Below, piece by piece: positions 49,930 through 59,212 of a stretch of 64,000 bases of DNA. The notes beneath the pieces are model-generated. The model was given only the letters and a program-made list of their open reading frames with translations, searched no databases and had not been told where the DNA came from. Source of the stretch: an uncultured Chloroflexia bacterium (GTDB lineage: Bacteria > Chloroflexota > Limnocylindria > Limnocylindrales > CSP1-4). The stretch's first letter is position 1. Each line of letters begins with the position of its first letter. The stretch covers positions 163,761-227,760 of the forward strand of contig CAWJHK010000006.1 of the NCBI GenBank assembly GCA_963842695.1, written 5' to 3'. Made by a program: the position numbers and the translations under genes.

Positions 49930-49935
49930 CCGGAC

Positions 49936-49968
49936 ACGATACGCCGATACCTGCCAGAAGTTGTCATG
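49936..49968 (-). promoter_or_regulatory. putative WYL-regulator operator plus -10 box (copy 2, own promoter)
   Basis: Minus strand caTGACAacttcTGGCAggtatc-ggcg-TATCGT-N6-ATG. Confidence 0.7.
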
Positions 49969-49995
49969 TTCGTCGCATTGCCGCGGCCGGACTGG

Positions 49996-50865
49996 TCAGA
50001 TCTGGCCCTTGAACGTGTCGCAGCCGTTCGGGTCGCCCGCCTGGTAGCCGGCGGAGAACCAGTTCTGTCGCTGCTGCGATGAGCCGTGGGTCCACGAGTC
50101 CGGATCGACCTCTCCGCTCGTGGCCTCCTGGATCCGGTCGTCGCCGACGGCCGCAGCCGCGTCCAGCGCGTCGGCGACCTGCTCGTCGGTCACCGGCTGG
50201 AGGTAGCCCGTGCTGGCCGCGTGGTTCGTCCAGACGCCGGCGTAGCAGTCGGCCTGCAGCTCGACCCGGACGGACCGGCCCTCGGCGCCCTGGCTGTTCG
50301 ACGCGCCCTGGAGCGCGCCGAGCAGGTCCTGGACGTGGTGGCCGTATTCGTGGGCGATGACGTAACCCTGGGCGAGCGACCCGCCCTTCGCCCCGAACCG
50401 TGTGCGCAGCTCCTTGAAGAACTCGAGGTCGAGATAGACGAGCTGATCGGGTGGGCAGTAGAACGGGCCGCTCGACGAGCTGGCCGTACCGCAACCGGTC
50501 GAGGTCACGCCGGAGAAGATGACCGTGTTGGCCGGGGAGTACGTCTCGCCGGCGGCCGCGAACGTGTCCTTCCAGTAGGCCTGGATGCTGTTCACGAAGC
50601 CGAGGATCCGGCAGTCGTCCCGATCGTTCGCGTCCTGCCCGGTCTTGCAGTCGGTTGCGAGCTGCGAGCTGCCCGGACCCTCGACCGCGCCCGGCGCGAG
50701 CCCGGTGCCGAGGGCGCCAGGGTCGCCTCCGAGAAGCAGGTACGCGATCAGGAGCACGATGCCGAGGCCGCCGCCACCGATCGCGAGGCCCCCGGCACCG
50801 CCGCGCATGCCGCGGCGGTCGGTGATCTGGCCCGGATCGAGTGACGCGTTGGGATTGAAGGTCAT
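49996..50865 (-). CDS. neutral zinc metallopeptidase (YpfJ-like)
   Basis: GPFYCPPD, AHEYGHHVQ, ELQADCYAG, VGDD.IQ, THGS. Confidence 0.92.
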   Translation of the reverse strand: MTFNPNASLDPGQITDRRGMRGGAGGLAIGGGGLGIVLLIAYLLLGGDPGALGTGLAPGAVEGPGSSQLATDCKTGQDANDRDDCRILGFVNSIQAYWKDTFAAAGETYSPANTVIFSGVTSTGCGTASSSSGPFYCPPDQLVYLDLEFFKELRTRFGAKGGSLAQGYVIAHEYGHHVQDLLGALQGASNSQGAEGRSVRVELQADCYAGVWTNHAASTGYLQPVTDEQVADALDAAAAVGDDRIQEATSGEVDPDSWTHGSSQQRQNWFSAGYQAGDPNGCDTFKGQI

Positions 50866-51025
50866 GGAAGAGCCTCACACTGGGGTTGAGGGGCCCATCC
50901 TACGAGCGGGGTCGTGTCGCGCCCGCTGCCGTGCACGGCCAGCGCGTCTCGCAACCGTGTTGCGAACCGGCGGTGCGCGATTGACATCTGTCCATGACCT
51001 TTTCAGGACAGATGGCAGGTCCTCA

Positions 51026-51192
51026 CCGGTGTGGCCGCCCCGTACGGTGTGCACATCGCGAACGGACCGCCGGACACCGAGACTCTCGACCGGCGGCGCG
51101 TCGACCCTCCGGCGGGATGCCGGGCGGCGGCGGAGCCGGCAAACCTGCCTCAACGGCGGTCCGTCGACGACCTCTCTCGCAACCACGACCGG
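51026..51192. ncRNA. candidate structured non-coding RNA (long irregular hairpin)
   Basis: Nested complementarity ccggtgtgg/ccacgaccgg and acggaccgccg/cggcggtccgt in a gap with no convincing CDS. No Rfam family recognised. Confidence 0.3.
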
Positions 51193-51216
51193 CCATCCGC
51201 CTGCACGGATGGCCGG
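51189..51216 (-). terminator. hairpin after the PAC2 gene
   Basis: ccggccatccg-cctgca-cggatggccgg. Confidence 0.6.
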
Positions 51217-51225
51217 TTCGTGCGC

Positions 51226-52071
51226 TTACCCGCGCGTCGCGCCGCCCTGGTCGCGCAGGAACCGCTCGATGTCCGAGATCAGGTCGTCGCCGGACGGCAG
51301 GCGCTGCTCGTCGTACATCGCCTCGAGCCGCTCGACGTAGTTCCGGGTGGTGTCGTCGACGCCCGCCGCCGTGTCCAGCCGGTCGCGCAGCTCCCGCGAC
51401 TCGTCGGCCAGCTCGTGCGCCGGGATCTCCGCACCGAGATGGGTCCCGAGCGCCCGCAGCAGCTCGAGCGCCGCCGTGGCATACGGACCCGAGACGTAGT
51501 GGGGGACCTGCGCGAAGTAGCCGAGGGCCGGGATGCCGGCGGCTGCCACCTCGATCTCGAGCGCCGAGACGAGCGCGGACGGGACACGCAGGGTCCCTTC
51601 GGGTCCGGCCATGACGTCGCCCCGGAGCAGGCCTGGTGACGCTTCCGTGCCGATGATCGGGACCGGCCGGGTGTGGGGGACCGCGGCGGGGATCGCTCCG
51701 AGGCTGATCCACTGGGCTACGCCCAGCCGGCCGGCGAGCTCGACGATGTCGGCGGTCAGCGCCCGCCAGCGGTAGTCGGGCTCGGGACCGACAAGGACCA
51801 GCACGTCGCGCTCGTCGAGTCGCGTGCGCCGCAGGACGAGCTCGTGCCAGGTCAGCGTCGTCAGGCGCCCGTCGACGATCTCGAGCGGTGGGCGGCGAGC
51901 CCGGTAGTCGAACAGGCGATCGGCATCGAACGACGCCACGACCTCCCCGTCGTCGGCCAGGATGGCCAGCGCCGTCGTCGCCGCGGAGCCGGCGTCGACC
52001 CAGCCGTCGAACGCGGCGATCAGGACCGGGTCGATCAGATCGCGGCCGTCGGCCAGGGTGTACAGGCTCAC
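51226..52071 (-). CDS. PAC2 family (proteasome assembly chaperone-like) protein
   Basis: AFDGWVDAG.AA, FDYRARRP, GPEPD.RW, VPHTRP, VPHYV, LE..YD; TATGCT-N6-GTG. Confidence 0.9.
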   Translation of the reverse strand: MSLYTLADGRDLIDPVLIAAFDGWVDAGSAATTALAILADDGEVVASFDADRLFDYRARRPPLEIVDGRLTTLTWHELVLRRTRLDERDVLVLVGPEPDYRWRALTADIVELAGRLGVAQWISLGAIPAAVPHTRPVPIIGTEASPGLLRGDVMAGPEGTLRVPSALVSALEIEVAAAGIPALGYFAQVPHYVSGPYATAALELLRALGTHLGAEIPAHELADESRELRDRLDTAAGVDDTTRNYVERLEAMYDEQRLPSGDDLISDIERFLRDQGGATRG

Positions 52072-52118
52072 CGTCGAAGCATAGGCGACACGCCGGACCG
52101 GTTCCGCGAAGAGGACCG

Positions 52119-52928
52119 TCAGCCGCGGCAGAGGACCTCGCCGTGGAGCACGGTGAACCAGCCGTCCGGCTGCGCCGCCCATTCCCGCCAGGCAGCCGCG
52201 ATCGCCGCGAGCTCGGCGCGCGTGCTCGCCCCCCGCTCGAGGGCATGGGTCGCGAACGCGGAGTCGGTGACCCGGTCCGCCCACAGTCCGCCCCACCAGG
52301 CCCGATCCTCGGGCGTCGCGAAGCACCACACGGAGGCCGACGGCGACACGTCGCCGAACCCGGCCGCGTGCGCCCAGGCCAGGAGGTGGCGACCGGCGTC
52401 GGGCTCGCCTCCGTTGGCGCGGGCGATCTCCTCGTACAGGTCGCGCCAGCGGTCGAGGCGAGGGTCCGCCGGGAACCAGGTCATCGCGGCGTAGTCGGAA
52501 TCACGTGCGGCGACAAGTCCTGCCGCGCTGCAGACGCGCCGCATCTCCCTGAGAGCGGCCACGGGGTCGGCGAGGTGCTGGAGGAGCTGGTGCGCGTGGA
52601 CGACATCGAACGAGTCATCCGCGAAGTCGAGGGCATAGGCATCGCCAGTCCGGAACTCGAGGTTGGCGAGGCCCGCCGCGGCCGCCTCGGTCCGAGCGAG
52701 CACCAGTGGCGACTCCTCGCGGTCGATGCCCACGACCCGGCCAGGAGCCAGCCGGCGCGCCAGGTCGACGGTGATCGTTCCTGGTCCGCATCCGACGTCC
52801 AGCAGGCCGAGCCCGGGCTCCAGGTGCGGCTCGAGATACGCCGCCGAATTGGCCATGGTCCGCCAGCGATGGGAGCGGAGGACGCTTTCGTGATGGCCGT
52901 GCGTGTAGGTCTCGTCCGGCGCCGTCAT
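52119..52928 (-). CDS. class I SAM-dependent methyltransferase
   Basis: YTHGHHESVLRSH, LLDVGCGPG, FDVVHAHQ. Confidence 0.9.
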   Translation of the reverse strand: MTAPDETYTHGHHESVLRSHRWRTMANSAAYLEPHLEPGLGLLDVGCGPGTITVDLARRLAPGRVVGIDREESPLVLARTEAAAAGLANLEFRTGDAYALDFADDSFDVVHAHQLLQHLADPVAALREMRRVCSAAGLVAARDSDYAAMTWFPADPRLDRWRDLYEEIARANGGEPDAGRHLLAWAHAAGFGDVSPSASVWCFATPEDRAWWGGLWADRVTDSAFATHALERGASTRAELAAIAAAWREWAAQPDGWFTVLHGEVLCRG

Positions 52929-53725
52929 CCTCCGGCCGAGGCGCTCGGCTTCGGCGACGCGACCGATGGCGTCGCCGAGCGAGGCGCGCCCGACGGCGTC
53001 ACACCGGGCGGGGGCAGCGCGGCGACCGCGGCGGCCGCGACATCCGCATCGTTCGTCTCGATGTCGTACACGAGGTCGCCGCGGACGACCAGGTAGCTGG
53101 GGACGGTGTCCGCCCCGAAGTCGGCCTTGGTGACCTGCTGGCCAGCCATCGTGATCGGGGTGACGACCATGTCCGGATAGTCGACCTTCCATGCCGCGAG
53201 CAGGGCATCGTGGATGGCCTTGGGAGCGAGGCCGTCGACGTGGTAGACGCCGATGCTGCCGTCGATGGTCTGGTCCGGATCGTAGGCCTGGGCGACGCGG
53301 AGGTCCTTCGGCTCCTTGCCGACCCCGGTCAGGAAGGAGGTGACCGAGGTGCTCCACGAGTCGTCCGTCAGGATCGTGTCGCCGGTCCAGCTCTGGACCT
53401 GGAGGGCGGTGTCGCCGAGCTTGGTCGGGAGTCGAGCTTCGAGCTCGGGTGCGTCGTGGGTGTCGGCGACAGGCGGCAGGCTCGAGTCGTCCGTCGGTTC
53501 GGGCTCGAACGAGTCGGTCGGGCTGGCCGCGGCGATTGCGGGAGGACTCGACGTGCTCCGGGTCGCGAGCAGGATCGCGGCCGTCCAGCCTGCGGTGGCG
53601 GCGATCAACGCGATGATCGCGAGCGCCTGCCAGCCGTTGACGCGGCTCCCCGGGATCGACGGGCCGTGATGCGGCTCCGGCCGGCCCGGCTGCACCCGAC
53701 GGGTTCGCGGTCCTCGTGCCTGCAC
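52925..53725 (-). CDS. membrane-anchored hypothetical protein
   Basis: AGGAGG RBS, one N-terminal TM, Pro/Ser linker, acidic extracytoplasmic domain; ATGA overlap with the next gene. Confidence 0.75.
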   Translation of the reverse strand: MQARGPRTRRVQPGRPEPHHGPSIPGSRVNGWQALAIIALIAATAGWTAAILLATRSTSSPPAIAAASPTDSFEPEPTDDSSLPPVADTHDAPELEARLPTKLGDTALQVQSWTGDTILTDDSWSTSVTSFLTGVGKEPKDLRVAQAYDPDQTIDGSIGVYHVDGLAPKAIHDALLAAWKVDYPDMVVTPITMAGQQVTKADFGADTVPSYLVVRGDLVYDIETNDADVAAAAVAALPPPGVTPSGAPRSATPSVASPKPSASAGG

Positions 53726-53794
53726 GCTACCTCCTGCTTCGGTCTCGGCTCGGGTCCATTCTCGTCGAAGCGGAGGAGGACCGCCCCGGAGGCC

Positions 53795-54175
53795 TCAACC
53801 GGGTCCCCCGGGCCATGGCGCCGGTCTCGGTGGGTTGACGGGCAGGGCGTCCCAGTCCGCGCGGGTCGGCGCGAAGATGTCGACGACCATCGCGCCCTCG
53901 GGCCCGACGCTGACCTGGTGGTGGACGTTCGACGGGATCCGCCACGTCCCGCCGGGACCGAGGACCCGGGTCTCGTCACCGACGGTGAACGTCACCGTCC
54001 CGGTGACGACCATGCCCAGCTGCTCGTTCTCGTGCCGGTGCCCGGGCACGATCGCATCGGGAGCCAGCTCGATGAGCGCGAGCGTGATCCGTTCGCCTTC
54101 CACGCGTCGCGCCCTGACGGTCTCGCCCCACACGTCGATCACCGGTCGGCTGTCGAAATCCACCAGGTTGCTCAC
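53795..54175 (-). CDS. cupin domain protein
   Basis: GAGGAG RBS; PGHRHENEQ, IPSNVHH, DIFAPTRADW. Confidence 0.88.
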   Translation of the reverse strand: MSNLVDFDSRPVIDVWGETVRARRVEGERITLALIELAPDAIVPGHRHENEQLGMVVTGTVTFTVGDETRVLGPGGTWRIPSNVHHQVSVGPEGAMVVDIFAPTRADWDALPVNPPRPAPWPGGPG

Positions 54176-54276
54176 GGTCGCTCCTCGTCCAACTCGTCCG
54201 ATTCTGGTCTTCGGTCTGGTCAACGATCGTACGGCTCGGCCCGGACGGACGCCCACGCCTCTGACGGCGACCGCGA

Positions 54277-55865
54277 TCAGCCGTCGCGTGGCAGATCCGC
54301 CCGGGTGGCGCGGCGCCGCGACCCGATCGGGGTCGCGCATAGGCCGAAGTCGGGCGGCGGCCCGGGGAGCCGGCCGCCGAAGGTCGGTCTCGGCCGAGGA
54401 CTGACGGCCCGTTCGAGGTCGGCAGCGAGGCCGAGGAGCGTGGGCTCGGCAAGGAAGCCGCCGTAGATCCAGACGCCACCGGGCCGGCCGTCGTCGGTCA
54501 GCCCGGTCGGGACGGAGATGCTCGGGTAGCCCGCGACGGCGGCCGGCGACGAATCGCCGTAGGCCGGCGCGACGATCGCGTCGAGCCGGTCCGCCGCGAG
54601 GATGCGGTCGATGCCGTCCGTGCGGGTCACGGCCAGGCAGCGTCGGCGGGCCTCGCGATAGGCCGGGTCATCCAGGCCGCCCGTCGCCTCGGCGACCTCG
54701 AACAGCTCCTGGCCGAAGTACGCGAGCTCGGCCCGGCACTGCTCGTCGTTGAATGCGATCAGGTCGGCGAGCGTTCGGATCGAGGTCCGCCGGAGGTTCG
54801 CCAGGTAGCCGTCGAGCCCGGCCTTGAACTCTGTCAGGAGGACGGTCATCTCGTCCTCGACGCTCGCGTCCGTGTCCGGTGGCTCGATCGGGTCGACGAG
54901 GGTCGCGCCGAGCACCCGTAGCGTGTCGAAGGCACGCTCGGCGACCGCGTTGAGACCATCGTCGGTCCACTTGTGGCCGCCGAACAGGCGCCGGTCGACG
55001 CCGATGCGCGCGCCATCGAGCGCTCCCGGGCGCACCGCCGCACGGTAATTACGCGGCAGGGACCGGGCGGCGACATCGCCAAACGGCGAGCGCAACGCAT
55101 CGAGAACGATCGCGGCATCCATCACCGTCCGGGTCATCGGGCCCGCCGTGTCCTGGCTGTGCGAGATCGGGACGATCCCGTCCTGGGCGACCAGGCCGAC
55201 CGTCGGCTTCAGCCCGACGACGGCATTCGCCCCCGCTGGGCACACGATCGACCCGTCCGTCTCCGTGCCGATCGCCGCCGCGCCGAGGTTGGCGGCGACG
55301 GCCACGGCCGACCCGGAGCTCGAGCCGCACGGGTCGCGACCGAGATCGTACGGATTGCGCGTGAACCCGCCCCGGGCACTCCAGCCGTTGAGGTACAGGT
55401 CCCGCTCGCGGACGGCCGGCGGGACGACCCCCGGAAGTTCGCCCACTCGGAAAGGTTGGCCTTGCCGAGGACGATGGCGCCGGCCGCCCGCAGCCGACGG
55501 ACGATGCGGGCATCCCGGGGCACACGGCTGCCGACCAGGGCCAGCGATCCGGCGGTCGTCTCCATCCGGTCGTTGGTGGCGATGTTGTCCTTGACGAGGA
55601 TCGGGATCCCGTGGAGCGGACCGCGGACGCGGCCGCCGCGGCGCTCCCGGTCCCGGCGGGCCGCGATGGCGAGGGCGTCGGGGTTCGTCTCGATGACGGC
55701 GTGGAGGAGGGGATCGAGGCGCTCGATCCGCGCGAGATAGGCCGCCGTCAGCTCGGCGCTCGTCGTTTCCCGGGCGGACAGGCGCGCCCCGAGGTCGACG
55801 ATCGACGCCTCGAACCACGGTGCGTCCTCGTCCGGGTCGCGCCCTGGCTGCGGCTGACCGTCGAT
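54277..55865 (-). CDS. amidase signature family enzyme; frameshift near 55435, start uncertain
   Basis: GPLHGIPILVKDN, GKANLSEWANFR, CGSSSGS, GTETDGSI, GLKPT. Confidence 0.88.
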
Positions 55866-55908
55866 CCGCTCATCGTACCGAGGCCGAGCGCCGCCCCGGG
55901 AATCGAAA

Positions 55909-55933
55909 CGACCCGGGTCGTCGACCCGGGTCG
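55909..55933 (-). terminator. doubled 12-bp palindrome after the zinc-ribbon gene
   Basis: cgacccgggtcg-t-cgacccgggtcg. Confidence 0.5.
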
Positions 55934-55954
55934 TGATCCGTGGCGTGAGCGGGA

Positions 55955-56356
55955 TTAGCCGCGCATGCTCCGGAAGCAATCGCTGCAGTAGACCGGCTTG
56001 CCGCTGGTCGGGCGGAACGGGACCTGGGCTTCCTTGCCGCAGTTCGAGCAGGTCGCCGAGAACATCTCGCGCGGACCGCGCTCGTAGCCGCCGCCACCAC
56101 CACCGCCACCACCGCCGCCGTAGCTGCCGGCGCCGCTGGAATAGCCGCCCGAGCTGTAGCTGCCGCCGGCGCCGTAGCCACCGCCGTACGAGCTGCCGCC
56201 CGAGTCGCTGTTGCGGGCAGCCTTGCGGCTCGCCCGGCACGATGCACAGCGGCGCGGCTCGGTGAACCCGCGCTGTGCGTAGAAGTCCTGCTCCGACGCG
56301 GTGAACACGAACTCCTGTCCACAGTCTGCGCAGGTCAGATTCTTATCGTTGTACAA
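55955..56356 (-). CDS. double zinc-ribbon (CxxC-x17-CxxC type) protein with Gly/Tyr/Ser-rich linker
   Basis: CADC..F.FT..EQ.FY..GF..P.RC..C and CSNCG....VPF.P....PVYCSDCF; GAGGAG RBS, TTG start. Confidence 0.92.
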   Translation of the reverse strand: MYNDKNLTCADCGQEFVFTASEQDFYAQRGFTEPRRCASCRASRKAARNSDSGGSSYGGGYGAGGSYSSGGYSSGAGSYGGGGGGGGGGGYERGPREMFSATCSNCGKEAQVPFRPTSGKPVYCSDCFRSMRG

Positions 56357-56550
56357 CCAAAAACTCCTCTCCCGCCCCTACGCGATCGGGTTTCTCGCGT
56401 GGTTCGTGAGAGGAGTCCGAGAAGTGCGTCGAGCCAGGTTCTTGAGCCGCGGACCCTATTGCCGCGGCGCTTCCTCCCGTATTGTAGACCACCCTGCACG
56501 TTCTGAACATGGGGAATTTTCGTCGGCGCATCCGGCCGGAGACCCAGCCA

Positions 56551-57825
56551 ATGACCCTCATCGACGACTACCTCGCCCGGACCCCGCGTTCACGGGCGCT
56601 GTTCGAACGGGCGACCGCCTCGCTGCCGGGCGGATCGACTCGGACGACCGTCTACACCGCGCCGTATCCGCCGTATGTCGCGGCCGGCGACGGGCTGCGG
56701 ATCCGCGACGTCGACGGCAACGAGTACCGCGACTTCCTCGGCAACTACACATCCCTGATCCTCGGCCACGCCCATCCGGCCGTCGTGACCGCGGTGGAGG
56801 CCCAGGTCCGTCGCGGATCCGCCTTCGCCGCGCCGACGGAGCTCGAGATCGAGCTCGCGGAGGAGATCCGCCGTCGCCTCCCGTCGATCGAGCGACTTCG
56901 CTTCACCAGCTCGGGAACCGAGGCGACGATGTTCACGATCCGCGCGGCCCGCGCGTTCACCGGCCGGCCGTTGATCGCCCGATTCGAGCGCGCCTACCAC
57001 GGGACGCACGACCTGGTGATGGCCGGCACGCCGGGCGTCCCCGACGCGATCTCCGGGCTGATCGTCGACCTCCCGTGGGGCGACCCTGACGCGGTCGAGG
57101 CGGCACTGCGCGGACGCGAGTCGGAGCTGGCGGCGATCATCATCGAGCCCGTCCAGGGTGCAGGCGGCGTCCGGGCCGCCGACCCGGCCTTCCTCCGCTT
57201 CCTGCGCGACTACACGCAGCGCGTCGGTGCCCTGCTGATCTTCGACGAGATCATCTCCTTCCGCGTCGGTCCCGGCGGCGCGCAGGGCCGGACCGGCGTC
57301 CGCCCGGACCTCACCACGCTCGGCAAGATCATCGGTGGTGGCTATCCGCTCGCAGCGTTCGGCGGGCGCGAGGACCTCATGGCCGTGTTCGATGCTCGTC
57401 GGACAGGCGCGGTCAGCCACGGCGGCACCTACAACGGCAGCCCGGTCGCCGCGGCCGCCGGCCTGGCTACCCTCCGCCTGCTCGACGACGCGGCGTATGA
57501 CCGGCTCGAGCGGCTCGGCTCGCGGCTCGGAAGCGCCGTCGGGTCGGAGATCGAGCGGGCAGGCGTCGACGCGACCGTCACCGTCGTCGGCTCGCTGTTC
57601 CAGGTCTATCGCGGGGCGGGTGCCGGACAGACGGCCTTCGCGCCGGGTGCCGGCGGTGGCCCGACGCCGTTCCTCGGACTGCTTCTCGAGGGGTTCTACC
57701 TCGCGCCGCGCGGCATGGGCGCCATCCCGGTCGTGGCCACCGAGGCGGACATCGACGACCTCGCGGCCGCTGTCGGTCGGACGCTGGTCACGCTCGAGCG
57801 GACGGCCGCGCTGACGCCGGCCTGA
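56551..57825 (+). CDS. class III aminotransferase, glutamate-1-semialdehyde aminomutase-like
   Basis: LPGGSTR, DVDGNEY, SGTEA, YHG, IFDEI, LGKIIGGGYP, HGGTYNG. Confidence 0.88.
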   Translation: MTLIDDYLARTPRSRALFERATASLPGGSTRTTVYTAPYPPYVAAGDGLRIRDVDGNEYRDFLGNYTSLILGHAHPAVVTAVEAQVRRGSAFAAPTELEIELAEEIRRRLPSIERLRFTSSGTEATMFTIRAARAFTGRPLIARFERAYHGTHDLVMAGTPGVPDAISGLIVDLPWGDPDAVEAALRGRESELAAIIIEPVQGAGGVRAADPAFLRFLRDYTQRVGALLIFDEIISFRVGPGGAQGRTGVRPDLTTLGKIIGGGYPLAAFGGREDLMAVFDARRTGAVSHGGTYNGSPVAAAAGLATLRLLDDAAYDRLERLGSRLGSAVGSEIERAGVDATVTVVGSLFQVYRGAGAGQTAFAPGAGGGPTPFLGLLLEGFYLAPRGMGAIPVVATEADIDDLAAAVGRTLVTLERTAALTPA

Positions 57826-57855
57826 CCGGTCACCGCTCGCACACCGCCCACCACG

Positions 57856-59109
57856 TTGCTGGAGATCTCCGCGCTCACGGCCCGTCGCTACGTCATGGGG
57901 CGCCAGGGCCTCTGGCCGGGCCGGCGCTGGCAGGGCCTCGAGGGGACCGCGACGGCCATGAGGTCGATGGAGGATCTCCAGCTCGACCCGCTCGTCGTCG
58001 TCGCACGCGCGCACGACCTGATGCTCCACAGCCGGGTCATCGACTACGCGATCGACGACTGGGCAGTGCTGACCTACGGCCGTCGCGAGTTCTTCGAATG
58101 GGGCGGGTGGCTCGCCGTCCGGCCGATGGAGGAGCTCCCGGCGTTCCGCGTGGTCATGCGCCGCGAGCGCGACAGCGGGCACTGGCGCGAGGTGGAGGAC
58201 GGGCACGCCGAGACAGTCCACGAGATGCGGGCGGTGCTCCGGGAGCGCGGCGAGGTCAGCAATCGCGACTTCGCGATGGGCGACCGCAAGCGGGTCGACG
58301 ACTACCGCGGCCGCAAGGACAGCGCGCTCGTCCTCCACTACCTGTGGCGGGTTGGCGAGGTGATGGTCACGCGTCGTGAGCGGTTCGAGCGGGTCTATGC
58401 GCTGACCGAGGCCGTGGCGCCGAAGGCGGCGCTCGTCGACATGGACCCTGACGCCGCCGACGACCTCCTCCTCCGCAAGCAGATCGCGGCGAACGGCCTG
58501 TTCCAATTCACCGGGGTCGCCAAGTACCTCATCCACCGCGACATCCCGGCGGCCGAGCTGACCGAGCGGCGCGCGCGCTGGCTCGCGGATGGCGCCGCGA
58601 TCGAGGTCATGGTGGAGGGCTGGCGGCAGACGCAGCTCGCCCCCGGCGCCGATGCCGGAGTCCTCGCCGCGCTCGACGGCGGCGTGACCCCGCCCGACTG
58701 GTCCCCGATCGATACCACGACCGAGCAGGAGGCCACCTTCCTCTCGCCGCTCGACCCGGTCAGTGCCCGCGGGCGGGCGAAGCCACTCTTCGGCTTCGAC
58801 TACGTCTGGGAGGTCTACAAGCCGGTCGAGCAACGCAAGTTCGGCTACTACACGCTCCCGATCCTGTGGGGCGACCGGCTCGTCGGGCGCTTCGACCCGA
58901 AGCTCGACCGGGCGACCGGCACGCTCGTCATCAATGGCCTGTGGCTGGAGGACGAGTCGCTCGCCCGGGACGAGGCATTCGGCGAGGCGCTGGCGCGCGC
59001 CATGACCCGCTTCCGACGGCTCCTCGACGCCGGCCGGATCGATGTCAGCGGGGTCCCGCAGGCGAGCCTCCGCCGCCACCTCCGCGACCGCCGGACACGA
59101 CGCGGCTGA
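57856..59109 (+). CDS. YcaQ/AlkZ family crosslink-repair DNA glycosylase
   Basis: LQLDP (QxD), LHSR, LSPLDP, FGFDY.WEVYKP..RKFGYY.LPIL.GDR.VGR.D. Confidence 0.88.
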   Translation: MLEISALTARRYVMGRQGLWPGRRWQGLEGTATAMRSMEDLQLDPLVVVARAHDLMLHSRVIDYAIDDWAVLTYGRREFFEWGGWLAVRPMEELPAFRVVMRRERDSGHWREVEDGHAETVHEMRAVLRERGEVSNRDFAMGDRKRVDDYRGRKDSALVLHYLWRVGEVMVTRRERFERVYALTEAVAPKAALVDMDPDAADDLLLRKQIAANGLFQFTGVAKYLIHRDIPAAELTERRARWLADGAAIEVMVEGWRQTQLAPGADAGVLAALDGGVTPPDWSPIDTTTEQEATFLSPLDPVSARGRAKPLFGFDYVWEVYKPVEQRKFGYYTLPILWGDRLVGRFDPKLDRATGTLVINGLWLEDESLARDEAFGEALARAMTRFRRLLDAGRIDVSGVPQASLRRHLRDRRTRRG

Positions 59110-59212
59110 AGCCCGAGCGCTCGACCCGGCTGCCATACTGGCGGACATCGAGCCAAGAGTTCGGCCTTGATATCGGGCGGCCGAGCGCCAGAGACGGGTG
59201 GAGGGACCAGGC

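Noticed and set aside
56551-57825. Calling this gene hemL
   Set aside because: It has the GSA-aminomutase-like fold but a shortened region after YHG and no tetrapyrrole genes nearby; it may be a paralogue.
20499-59109. Tag, HhH-GPD and YcaQ glycosylases as one DNA-repair island under the WYL regulator
   Set aside because: They are spread over 38 kb among unrelated genes and I found no copy of the WYL operator upstream of them.
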